A DNA stretch of 59,568 nucleotides, counting the filler, from Basidiobolus meristosporus CBS 931.73 (lineage: Eukaryota > Fungi > Basidiobolomycota): the NCBI GenBank assembly GCA_002104905.1. It is 3 parts of 3 records of this genome, joined end to end, with 100 filler letters (N's around TTAATTAATTAA, not from the genome) between each part and the next. Parts side by side here need not be neighbours in the genome. Positions count along the whole stretch, not along the records: positions 1 to 17,076 come from MCFE01001104.1; positions 17,177 to 47,184 come from MCFE01000856.1; 1 more part is not named here. One strand, given 5' to 3'. Below, one piece after another: positions 11,097 through 23,264 of this stretch. The number at the start of each line of letters is the position of its first letter. Positions within the stretch are counted from its first letter, which is position 1. Below the pieces are notes generated by a model. That model saw only the letters and a program-made list of their open reading frames with translations. It was not told the DNA's origin and ran no database searches. A program made the position numbers and the translations under genes.

Positions 11097-14000
11097 TGTT
11101 GCAATTTAAGAAGTGATTTGGATATAAGGAACTTATCAAGAAATAGTGATAATAGTTGAACTGTTGTTTATTCATAAAGAAGCTCAGTATTTATACCTTT
11201 GTAGAAGTAATACAGCTGCAACACTAAGTAGGGAGGGTTTCTCAATATTCAGGAGCATTCTGTAACAGTTTCAGGGTTAGTACATAATGTTTGGTAATAG
11301 TGCTAATTTGATCCTGACTATAGGGGAATAATCATAAGATCATATATCTGGAGAAAGTGGCGAAGTAAAGGCAGTAAATGAGTCCTACAGTGACTAAGAT
11401 TAGCCTAGAATTGTTAAGTAAATTTTTAGCTGCTGAATGATACCAAATAGTCCAATATTTCAACACTCCCCCTCAACTAAATAATTTCTTAATCCCAATT
11501 TCTCTCTAAGGATCTCAAACTGTGGCCTAGCTAGTGGTTTTGTCAATATGTCTGCCACCATTTTGTCAGTTGGGCAGTAAACCAGCTCTACTAAGTTATT
11601 TTCTACAGCTTCCCTCACAAAGTGATGCTGTATATCAATGTGCTTAGTTCTGGCATGATTAGTAGGATTTCTAGCTAATGAAATACAACTTTGATTATCC
11701 TTGTAAATACATGTTGGTTCACCTGAATTAAAACCTAAGTCTTTGAATAATTTTCGTAGCCATATAGCCTCCTTAGTTGCTTGACATGCAGCCATATATT
11801 CGGCTTCAGTTGTAGATAGTGCCACAGTTGGTTGTTTCTTGCAATTCCAAGTAATAGCTGCACCAGCATAAAGAAATACATAGCCTGTGGTAGAGCGTCT
11901 GTCAATCAGATCTCTACCCCAATCTGAATCACTATAACCATCAAATTTTTGCCTATTAGCTGCTCCGGAGTATTCCAGTACCATATTTATGGTACCTTGT
12001 AGATATCTGAAAATCCGCTTAACTGCTGCAATTTGATCTGATCCATAATTCTGCATGAATTGACTGACTATTCCAACTGCTACTGCAATATCTGGACGTG
12101 TAGACACCATCAAGTACATTAGGCTACCAACCATTGATTGATAGGGAAAGTTTTGGTCCATATTTGAGCCGTTTTCATCCATAACTGGCTGAGATTTGCT
12201 TAATTTCAGGTTATTGTCCATAGGGGTTGCTGCAGGTTTGCAATTTTCCATTTTGAAGCGTCTAAGAATGTCCCTGATGTACTTAGACTGATTCAGCACA
12301 ATTTTCTGCGTAGGTATGTCAAATTTGACCTCAATTCCAAGAAAATAGCTCAATTTTCCAAGATCTTTCATCTCAAACTTGCTGAAGAGATCTGATTTCG
12401 TCTGTTTAAGTGCCTCTTGATCACTTGTAGCTATAATTAGGTCGTCCACATAAAGAACTAGGATGATCACACCCTTTTTGAGCTGTTTCAAATATATACT
12501 GTGATCTGCAGTGCTACGAGAGAACCCAATTTCCTCTAGATATGTGTCAATCTTGTTATACCATGCTCTGGGTGCCTGCTTAAGCCCATACAACGATTTT
12601 CTAAGTTTGCACACCTTATGGGGGCTTTTTGGATCGGTAAAACCTTCTGGTTGCTCCATATATATAGTTTCTTGCAAATCCCCATTTAGAAAGGCTGTTT
12701 TGACGTCCATTTGGTGTAGATCTAGACTGTGTACAGCTGCCAGGGCTAGAACTGTCCTAATAGAGTTAAACTTGGCAACCGGAGCAAATGTTTCCTTAAA
12801 GTCTAGTCCCTGGATCTGGGAATAGCCTTTAGCTACCAATCTAGCCTTGTACTTATCAACGGCACCATTTGAGGTTATCTTGATCTTATAGACCCATCTA
12901 CATCCTATTGGCTTTCTCCCATTTGGTAAATCTACCAGTTCCCACGTTTTTGCCTTGATCAGTGATTGGTACTCCTCCTGCATGGCTTGTTGCCACTTAG
13001 TAGCATCTGGACCTTGCATTGCCTGTTCCAGATTCTGAGGTTCGGCACATAAGGCAAGATAAGCTTCTTCATGATCATTGGATGTCTGCCACCAGGATCC
13101 AGGGGCATTTCTTATTCTGGTAGATCTCCTAACTGGGATAATCTGTTCTGATCTGGAACTGGTAGAAGTATCTTCCATCTCTGGCTGGATTTGGTACGTA
13201 TCTTCTTCATTTGTGTTGATTGCATCATCAGGCAGCTGGCCAATGATTTCTGTGGCTTTCTGATCTGAATTCTCCTCAAATACAACGTCCCTGCTATTGA
13301 TCAGCTTCTGAATTTCGCCATCATACACTCTATACCCTTTAGTACCTTCACAATACCCAAGAAAGATCCCTTTTCTACTCTTTGGTTCCAACTTTGAGCG
13401 TTTTTTGTCAGGGATGTGATAAAAAACATCACTGCCAAAGATCCTGAGGTGCTGGAGATCTGGTTTTTTGCCTGTATATGCTTCAAAGGGTGTAGAATCA
13501 CGTAGTGCTGTTGTTGGGCATCTGTTCTTGATGTATACAGCGGTAGCAAGAGATTCAGCCCAAAACTTGTAGTCCATTCCCTTATCATGTAGCATAGATC
13601 TTCCCATCTCTACTATTGTTCTGTTTGCACGTTCTGCTACTCCATTTTGCTGTGGAGTATGAGGAACTGTGGTCTGTTGAAGTATACCAGTAGACAAGCA
13701 GTATTTTGCAAGCTCCTTTGAGCAGTATTCTCCTCCATTGTCACTTTGTAGTACCTTCAATTTACACCCAGTTTGTGTTTCTGCCATGTTCTTGAAGTGC
13801 TTAAACGTCTCTAAAGCTTCATCCTTTGTTTTGAGGAAGTACACCCATGTATATCTTGTCTTGTCATCAATAAACGTCATAAAGTATCTCTTGGCTCCAA
13901 AGGACAGTGTTCTCATGGGGCCACATATGTCTGAGTGTACAATAGCCAATATTTCGGTGGTATTGATGCCTTCTGAGCTCTTGAAACGTTGCCTAGCTTG

Positions 14001-15781
14001 TTTGCCATATGAACATCCTTTACAAACATTCAATTTGATTGGAATTGAGTATTTTAGGCCCAAAACAAGCTGATTTTTCACCAATTGGCTCATTTTCTGT
14101 TCCCCTATGTGTCCTAGCCTCCTATGCCACGTCTCCCAGTTGGTTTCATCGGTTTCAGCAATGTTGACATACTCAGGTACAATGATCTTGCATTGTAACT
14201 TGTATATATTGTGATCTCTGATTCCCGAAGCTAATTTTTGTCCATTTTCACTCAATATTGAGCAGCTCAGCTTAGTAAAAACGAATTTCAGTCCCTGAGT
14301 AGTTGCTTTACTGACTGAGAGTAGGTTCTTAGCTATTCCAGGTACATAGAGTACGTCAGTCAGTTTTGCTGTTGTTGCCCCTGAGTTATCACTCATATTT
14401 AGTTGTATGGACCCACTGGCGGTAGCTTCCAATGCAGAGTTATCTCCCAGATAAACCTTTCTTACGGGAATAGTCTTTAAGTTGCTGAACCAATCCTTTA
14501 TACCACAAATATGCTGTGATGCTCCAGAGTCAATATACCATTCATTACTTCGGTTACTTGCACTCTCTTGTACAGTGACAAATAGCTGTTCATCAGTAGT
14601 TATATGGTTTGCCTGCTCTAGTTTCTGTTTTTCGTCTGCTTGTTTCTTCTTGCATTCTCTTGCCCAGTGTCCTGGCTTCTTACAGTAGTTACAGCAGCCA
14701 GGTTTTCTTCGGTTTTGTTGCTTTCCCTTCTTTTCTGTATGCCTTTCTGAACTGAATAAAGCATTATCTTCAATTTTCTCTGCTTGGTCATTACGTCTGA
14801 GTTCTTCATGGAGAAGTCTTCCTTTGACATAGTCTAAAGTCAAGTTGTCTTCTCTGCTTTCAAAAGAAAGTATGAGTGGCTCATACTCGTCTGGTAGGCT
14901 GCAAAGCAGACAGAGTATCTTTTCTTCATCATCTACACCAGCATTAATACTGTAAAGTTCTTCTGCAAGTGTCTCCATTCTGGTAATGAGTTGTAGCATG
15001 TCATCATCTGGCTTTTTCTCATGTTGAAGAACTTTCGTTTCAAATAAAGCTTGCTTGATACTGACTTTGCTCTAAAGATCTTCTCCAAGGATTCCCATGC
15101 TGCTTTGGCAGTATTTGAGGCATGGATTTGTCCAATGAAGGAGTCTTGCACATTGATGCATATTGCATTGAAGGCCTTTCTCTCCTTCTCTTGAAACTTC
15201 TCCACATCTTCTGCTGTTCCTTTGGGCTCAACTTCCTTTCCTGTTACTATATTCCAAAGCTTTCTTTCCTCAAGGTGGATCTGCATCTTGATTCTCCAAA
15301 GTCTGTAGTTCTTCCCATCAAACCTCTCCTTTACAGGGAAGATGTTGGTATTGCTTTGTTTGCTGGTAGAAGTCATCTTTAGAATAGGTTAAGGCAATCG
15401 GGGCTCATAACCTGTTGCAATTTAAGAAGTGATTTGGATATAAGGAACTTATCAAGAAATAGTGATAATAGTTGAACTGTTGTTTATTCATAAAGAAGCT
15501 CAGTATTTATACCTTTGTAGAAGTAATACAGCTGCAACACTAAGTAGGGAGGGTTTCTCAATATTCAGGAGCATTCTGTAACAGTTTCAGGGTTAGTACA
15601 TAATGTTTGGTAATAGTGCTAATTTGATCCTGACTATAGGGGAATAATCATGAGATCATATATCTGGAGAAAGTGGCGAAGTAAAGGCAGTAAATGAGTC
15701 CTACAGTGACTAAGACTAGCCTAGAATTGTTAAGTAAATTTTTAGCTGCTGAATGATACCAAATAGTCCAATATTTCAACA
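11097..15781 (-). mobile_element. Near-intact Ty1/copia retrotransposon
   Basis: 369-bp TG...CA LTRs at 11097-11465 and 15413-15781 (2 differences seen), 5-bp TSD GAAAA, PBS GGTTATGAGCCC at 15401-15412, PPT at 11466-11477, gag-pol interior. Confidence 0.97.
11460..15376 (-). CDS. Copia gag-pol polyprotein (one frameshift near 15010)
   Basis: Gag 14933-15376 joins ORF 11460-14999 with zinc knuckle CNYCKKPGHWAREC, protease WYIDSGAS, integrase HRRLGH/DICGPM/SDNGGEY, RT YVDD, RNase H SDSDWG/DNQSCI. Confidence 0.93.
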
Positions 15782-16114
15782 GAAAACTCACTGGAATATT
15801 GCAAGGATTTATTGCAAAGACTGGCAGCTGAGGTGCTAGACATTGCGGTGCTGGCTGAAGAACAGGATGTGTGGGAACCAGTGAATGAACAGTAGCATAA
15901 AGTTGTTGGGCTCCCACTAAAGTTGTGTAATCAGAATGTCAGAGCAGAAATATTTATTGAGTGGTAGATTTTGATGGAGTTACTTGTTGAGTGTGGGGTT
16001 GGGCTTAATGATAGTGTAGGGTATAGGGACTTGTATAGGTCAATACTATTGGCAAGTGAGGTATAACTGAAGTTTCAACGGAAATAAGTCAATTTGTACT
16101 CATGAAAAGTAAGA

Positions 16115-17076
16115 CTACAGTGACTAAGACTAGCCTAGAATTGTTGAGTAAATTTTTAGCTGCTGAATGATACCAAATAGTCCAATATTTCAACACTCCT
16201 CCACAACTAAATAATTTCTTAATCCCAATTTCTCTCTAAGGATCTCAAACTGTGGCCTAGCTAGTGGTTTTGTCAATATGTCTGCCACCATTTTGTCAGT
16301 TGGGCAGTAAACCAGCTCCACTAAGTAATTTTCTACAGCTTCCCTCACAAAGTGATGCTCTATATCAATGTGCTTAGTTCTGGCATGATTAGTAGGATTT
16401 CTAGCTAATGAAATACAACTTTGATTATCCTTGTAAATACATGTTGGTTCACCTGAATTAAAACCTAAGTCTTTGAATAATTTTCATAGCCATATAGCCT
16501 CCTTAGTTGCCTGACATGCCGCCATATATTTGGCTTCAGTTGTAAATAGTGCCACAGTTGGTTGTTTCTTACAATTCCAAGTAATAGCTGCACCAGCATA
16601 AAGAAATACATAGCCTGTGGTAGAGCATCTGTCAATCAGATCCCTACCCCAATCTGAATCACTATAACCATCAAATTCTCGCCTATTAGCTGCTCCAGAG
16701 TATTCCAGTACCATATTTATGGTACCTTGTAGATATCTGAAAATCCGCTTAACTGCTGCAATTTGATCTGATCCATAATTCTGCATGAGTTGACTGACTA
16801 TTCCAACTGCTACTGCAATATCTGGACGTGTAGACACCATCAAGTACATTAGGCTACCAACTATTGATTGATAGGGAAAGTTTTGGTCCATATTTGAGCT
16901 GTTTTCATCTATAACTGGCTGAGATTTGCTTAATTTCAGGTTATTGTCCATAGGGGTTGAAGAGATCCGATTTCGTCTGTTTAAGTGCCTCTTGATCACT
17001 TGTAGCTATAATTAGGTCATCCACATAAAGAACTAGGATGATCACACCCTTTTTGAGTTGTTTCAAATATATACTG
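16115..17076 (-). mobile_element. Second, deleted copy of the same copia (partial LTR + RNase H/RT end)
   Basis: Partial LTR 16115-16195; interior aligns to 11466-12500 with a ~150-bp internal deletion near 16960; runs into the gap. Confidence 0.92.
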
Positions 17077-17176
17077 NNNNNNNNNNNNNNNNNNNNNNNN
17101 NNNNNNNNNNNNNNNNNNNNTTAATTAATTAANNNNNNNNNNNNNNNNNNNNNNNNNNNNNNNNNNNNNNNNNNNN
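17077..17176. other. Artificial contig-joining linker
   Basis: 44 N + TTAATTAATTAA + 44 N; an identical structure lies at 47185-47284. Confidence 0.97.
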
Positions 17177-17500
17177 TGAAGAAGAAATAGGGAACTGGTC
17201 AGGAAAGCGAAACTAAAGTTGAGCAGGGAGTCGGCAATTTTGGATAGCTTTAAATTGATAGGTTTCCACATTGGTTTTGGTCGAGAGATAACAACCGTAT
17301 TGATGTCTATGAAGCCTTCTTTATATTTCACTATGGTGGCTAATATGTCGGAGGTTATCACCAAAAATAGAGAGAATGTTAACAAGAGTGTGATGATGGG
17401 TTTCAAATCCCCATTGACGAGTCGCTGGAGAGAAAGAAAGCCACGGATTCCAGCGGTAGAGGAGAAGACCCGGTAGAGTACCCATACAACTATTGCTAGA
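17177..17500 (-). CDS. Partial multi-pass membrane protein, truncated by the contig edge
   Basis: Open frame LAIVVWVLYRVFS...IITLLLTFSLFLVITSDILATIVKYKEGF...SLLNFSFAFLTSSLFLL with three hydrophobic segments; start not defined. Confidence 0.4.
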
Positions 17501-20500
17501 TTGCAGACGCACCTATCTGGTGAATGAAAAGGTCAGCTTCAATTCGCAACTGGAAGAGGGTAAAGAAGCAATACCCAAATAAGTGAAATCGGATTCATGA
17601 GTCATGATATATCAAAGACACTAACTGCTTCTCAGGCTATCAAAAAGACACCTTTGAGTAGATCTGAAATCAACAAGCGTTTGAAGAGAGGCTGCCATCT
17701 GCAATACCTATATATACTGGCCTTCAGATCTAAACCAGCATGGAACTACTACAGGATTCACTTCATTTAGGAGAATAGTTGCTACCAATAGTTTTGTATC
17801 GTGGATGCAGGTAGTGTTGTACTAGCTGGTAGATAGCCATGCAGTTTATAAATTGGTCGATGTTGGAGCTCAATGGAGTGAAACTGACCGAGTGACAGGA
17901 TCTCTAGAAGTGCCCTAGCTCTTTTGGATGCTTGTAGGGAGTGAGAATATCTCTAAATCACTGGTTTCTATGTTCTGGTGTGCCTATGACACGGGTGATA
18001 TAGCGGCTATGAATAGATAGCTAAGGGATTGAAAACCAGGCTATTTGTGTGTTTGGAGCTAAAAACAGCATAGAGTCCAGTGGAGCCAGTGATTAGGAAC
18101 CTGGCCAAGTAGTACGATGAATTAGGAAAGCTGTCTGCAGGGTGGTATTAAGCAATTAGGGTTAGTAGGCTGATGATTCACATTTAGGTGGTCGGGTGGT
18201 CAGTTAGTTTGTTCGTGATCAGTACTCCCAGATGTTCTTCCTTTGCTTGGTTGGAGCCCACATCTCCAGCACGTTTTGGTCCACGGGAGCTCGTTAGTGT
18301 ATCCTCTGCTGTACTACAGCCAAATGGAGACTTGTTGTCGTAGTAGCTTCATGCCTTGAATATGCTTGAGATACGACAAGGTTGTGAAGATGACGTTGAG
18401 CAAAAAGAACGGCTTGGGTCACACCATGCATCATATAAGGAAATGAATCAAACCATTCTGTACTAAGCCCAGCTAAAGGGTGAGGAATAAAGCATTGTCC
18501 AATTGGTGCTGAAGGAATCCGAGTGGCCTCCTCAGAACCAACCTCTGTTCATCGAAGCATTTAATTAGCATGGGGACCAGGAAGGTTATTGCTGATTTCT
18601 CTGAAGTAAATTGAAGTAGTGAGTCAGCACATTGAATTGGTCGCTAGATAGCTGCCTATTCTCAGACAAATGAAATCAGGTTTTGCTTAAATGGAGACTT
18701 TGCATCACGCCCCAATGTTCCCTCCGAAGCCACATCTCCGACTATCTACAAAGCCTAATGGAGCCTGCACAACCGTAGATTTGTACCTAAGTATATGAGA
18801 ATGTAGCACGCCGAAAGGTGTTGATCATCTTATGTGACGCTCCTTTGATTTTGAGAAGCAGAAAGGCCCCTTGTCCGCCACACATGGGGTAGGCTAACCA
18901 ATCATCATTGGTGTATGAAGTGAATTGATTAATTCGAGTTTGTGCGTTTGAATCTGCCACCATCCAGGCAATTACAAGTGCATGTAGGAAACTGTAAGTT
19001 TCATTCTCCCAACCTACCTCTTTGTGTGGAGCCTCGTAAGTTTGTGTCGGGTAAAGTGTCGGGCCCTCTCCTCACAATGGATTGCCGTTAAGTATCCGTG
19101 ATCATGAACGGCAGGATAACTCCAATACTTCGAGCATTTCGATGTTGGCATCTCTTGGGAAACACGAAAGCCTAACTAGGTAGCTTGATGATATACGCCA
19201 TTAAGTAAATGTAACTCCAGGAGAAGCCCTAATCCAAGTGCATGGTGCCTCACCTGAACGTTTACCTAGTCTGCCACAAAAACAACCAAACTATGGTTAT
19301 CATACTCGTATCGTTGCTGGTCTGAAATCTTTTTCTCAATTAGCCAGTGTTGGTTGAAGCCCAGATGAGACATTGTATGGTTCGCTATAATGCATATTGA
19401 TTTTTCCATCCTGAGGTTTTTATGGACTATCTCGATGCAAAATCAAACCAAACACCTTGAAACGCTGATCTCGTATCCAGTACTCATGTTTGTGATGACA
19501 AAATCCAAATATACATCTGGCCAACCATCGATACTGGTCTGGCAAGTGGCTTGGTTAGCAATCTAGCAGTTTGATCAAATTATGACGGGCTCCAGCGCTG
19601 ACGCCTGCGGGAATCGCCGGCTCCCTTGGATTGTTGTATTCCCAGGTGAGAATAACGGGTTTGCATGGCATATCAATGGGTGCAGTTTGCAGACCAAACT
19701 TATTGACAGCCCTTGGAAAGGCAGGCCGGGAGCATTACTTGTAACTCATGAAGCATCAATAAAATGCATCCATCTTTATTTGGTGTTATCGACGGACTGA
19801 CTGTTCACTATTTTGATGTGAAATATCGATGTAAACCATGAGCAGAGGAGGTCCTCGGGTAGACCGTAACCACAAAAAAACAAAGCCCATCTACATATTG
19901 GTGGCTGAAGTTTTAAAATGAGATACTGGTCTCAAGAGTATGATCAATCCTGCTGGCCATCCGCACGCTAACCGGTGCTCCTGGCCGGGGACGGTGCTTT
20001 GCGGCACCTTGGAGGAGAGTGCTTGCGACCAGTACGTATAGCCATAGTCAACAACCCACGGCCTGACTTGCTCTAGCCTTTGTTTAGCAATGAATCATAT
20101 GACCCCTACTCAACACGTGGCTCGAAGGCAGGCCCCTAATCAGCGATCTCCTAGTACATTCAAAGCACATCGTAAAAAAGGCCACTCCAATGTATCCTGA
20201 TAAAATCAGCCATGGAAGTCCCAAGAAAACCTGCAAGTCGAAGATCCGGTGAGTTGTATTCCGTCCGTTTCGACATGCCCATCGTAGGGGTGATGGCTGC
20301 GCTTATCCCAGGGATCTGAAATGGGAAGGAACAACTACGTTATGAAACAGTGTCATCACTGATAATTAAAGGCCTGGCCTGCAATTAAACAATGAATCAG
20401 TTTATTCGCCTATTTTGGTAGGTATGCAATATGGAATCTTCGAAAAACAAAATCTATTTGAACTGAAGTAATGCTTGATGTGCCTCAATCAGGTGGTGTA

Positions 20501-20548
20501 TTGCCGATGGCCAAACAGAGCGCTCCATGTTTGCCCCCAATGACATCA

Positions 20549-22070
20549 CTAGTTCGTCAACTTCTGAAGCTCTTCCTCCAGGATATCCATGCCAAGTTTT
20601 ACGTTTTCCAAAGTTGCCTGTGATCCCATATGGCCGATTCGGAAAATAACATTGGCTCCCTTGCCGTAGCTGAAAATGCATAGAATGCATTAGAACAGAT
20701 TGCTAAGAAATCCATGGAGCGCTGGCTGGTTAACTTACGATCCCCCAAGTGCAACTCCTCGAGCCTTGATTATGCTATCCAGCTTCTGCCATTCGACTCC
20801 CTCTGGTACAACCAATGCAGTAACAGAGGGAGAGTTCAGGTACTCCACCTCCCCATCAAGCCACAGTTTCAATCCCATCTTCTTAGCACGCTCGCGACAA
20901 TACTCTGCAATCTCTCTGTGTCTTTGATATTCACCCTCGACATCCTTAAGAATAAGAATCAATTGTTCATTGAGTGCATCAATGTGAGGCCAGTTATGTG
21001 TGTATGGCGCGAGTTGATCCTAGTTAACCAAGTCAGTATCACCCGGTGCAACAATATTGATCCACTCACGGTTACCTGGACAACATTCTTCCAAGGCCAT
21101 AATGCGTCATATCCAGCATAATTCACCTTCTCGATCTGCTTCCAGGCTCTCTCGCTAACAGTAACAATAGAGAGTGTGCTCTCGCATGACAACGCCTTTT
21201 GAGTGCCAAGCAAACCTTATTAGCAGGTCAATTTGTAAGTTGGCCATTTTGATTGGACAAACAGGAACTCCTATACCTAGATCAATGCACCATCCATTCA
21301 CATCTACCGGCACGGCAACACCGGCGCTAACAAAATCAACACAGTAGAGCCCATTATTTTCGCGCACGTATTTTCCAATGATTTCTACGGCCGGTGAGTT
21401 CAAAACCCCAGTAGGGGTGTCACAAAGAACCGCTATTCAAGTACAAATGAGTACAACCGAAGGATTTTGCCTCCGGGATATCCTCTTTAGTCAGAGCCCG
21501 AGAAACATACCTGTAACTAGATTGGGCTGGAACCGTTGAATTTTTTCTTTGACCTTTTCTACGTTGATGGCTTCATTGTATTCAAATGAGAGGAGCTCCA
21601 CCTTGACGTTTGGGTATCTGAGTTGTTTCACCATGTCGCTAAAACCATCTCCGTAGACCCCATTGCCAATACAAAGAACTCGAAATTCCTCAGGGAAATC
21701 GAACGGCCAAGGCAAAACACTTTTAATTGCCGACCATAGAGCAAGCATGCCTACAATCACGTTATATATTTGCCATAAGTGGCAAGATGAATGTCTAAGC
21801 TTACCCTCGCCACTCTGTATGACTACGCTAGAGCCTTCAGATGTCTTCACGTTTAATAACTCGCTCAAGTTATTACAAGTTTTCTCATACAGCGCAAAGA
21901 ATTCGGGTTCGACATCAGGACTACCATAGAATCTTTCTTGGTAGAGTTTTACAAGATGTTCTGGGACTACAGTAGGTCCTTCATTAGACAGAGTTAGCAC
22001 ATAGCTTCAAGAGGTATAACAGCGTAATATGCAGTTTACCAGGTACTAAGGCGGCAGTATATCTGTTCAT
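20549..22070 (-). CDS. Class V PLP-dependent aminotransferase (serine-pyruvate/alanine-glyoxylate-like), multi-exon
   Basis: Spliced model MNRYTAALVPGPT...; QSGEG, VDFVSA, GTQKAL (PLP lysine), FRIGHMG C-terminal motif; GT-AG introns. Confidence 0.88.
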
Positions 22071-23169
22071 GATGTAGTCTTGAAAATGAACTTTGAGCAT
22101 TTATAATCATCTGTGATCAATTCACCGAACGAAAGCTGAGAAACCTATCAATTCGTCAGAAATCGATGTTCCACAAGATTGACTTAAATCTCAAGGAAAC
22201 CCAGTTACTCCTAATAGCAATCGCAAATAAGATGGCCATTCTTGCGTAGCTAGATAAACAGTCCAGGGGTGTGGGAGTGTTATATTTGGAGCTCAATATT
22301 CTGGATATGAGCAGAATCAGGTGTGCGAAGCAACCAGTCAATTCCAGTACAAAGCAAGGGATTCTTAGTGATCCTTCCTAATAGTTGATAGACATAAGCA
22401 TGACCTGGCGCAAGTGCAATGCGGGCATTATTATTGTGTATGGAAGTGAGCCTGGGATTCAATTAGATATCTTGATACATGTGATTGTTAGGGCTACGTA
22501 TCTAAGATCAGTATATTTAGGTTGCTTCAGTATTTGTTATTCAGCAGCGTGTTAGGGATGTGCTTTCCATAAGCCTGTCATCAAGAGACATCTGCATACC
22601 TGCAAGTCTATGATGTTTGAGGTTGTTACTTTTGTAGCTGCAAGATTGTTATAGCGATTGCTTTTTGTGTTTAGTGCATCAGAATACATGGATCAGTGAT
22701 ACTGAGCCATTCAAGAAGCATTTAGCTTTGAGTATGCCCTCTATACCTCACACCAGATGGTAGTATTGAAAGCGCCAGGCCGATCTCGTGATTTGTAGCA
22801 TATATTAGTGGTTCCAGGAGAAATAGGAATAATAGCTTGATATCATCGCAAACAACGTAGGAACTAATTCCCTACAGTTCTCTCTCATCGTGCAGATGAA
22901 GGGTGTATGCTCTATGACACGATTGTTATGATGAGATAGGTTGTCATCACACTAAGGGGAAGCATTGCTGGCTTATTTAATAATATAATGTATTCAATGC
23001 TAATATTCCCTTTGGATGTAACATCTAGTTTCACAAGACGCAGACACTCAAACTGAATATATCAGATTGGAGCACACACTGTCTTCGAACGATTTGTCAT
23101 GAATGCCGGTACTAGTTAATCCATATCTGTTTCAACATTAGGGGGCAGGGGGAATCAAAACTCGACGCA

Positions 23170-23178
23170 TATAAAAGA
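23170..23178 (+). promoter_or_regulatory. Putative TATA box of the repeat polyprotein gene
   Basis: ATATAAAAG ~90-140 bp upstream of the candidate ATGs. Confidence 0.45.
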
Positions 23179-23264
23179 CGCAGATGCTCTTTGTAAACAG
23201 GCATCGGAGTCCAGCTCTTCAAGTCTCCCACTAAAGCACTTTCATTTGCACCTTCATCATCACA

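Larger units (their letters stand above)
9304..15895 (+). pseudogene. Decayed large ORF (probable second gene of the CACTA-like element), split by the copia insertion
   Basis: Same-strand ORF fragments 9304-11096 broken by TGA/TAG stops; removing the copia and one GAAAA rejoins ...KSSGQ-ENSLEYCKDLLQRLAAEVLD...NEQ* ending at 15895. Confidence 0.5.

Noticed and set aside
17125-17406. ORF containing X residues and a start/stop at the linker
   Set aside because: Its end is set by the artificial TTAATTAATTAA linker; only the real-sequence part is kept, as a low-confidence partial CDS.
17520-20450. ~3 kb with only short ORFs
   Set aside because: No recognisable motif, repeat or RNA gene by eye; decayed genes cannot be excluded.
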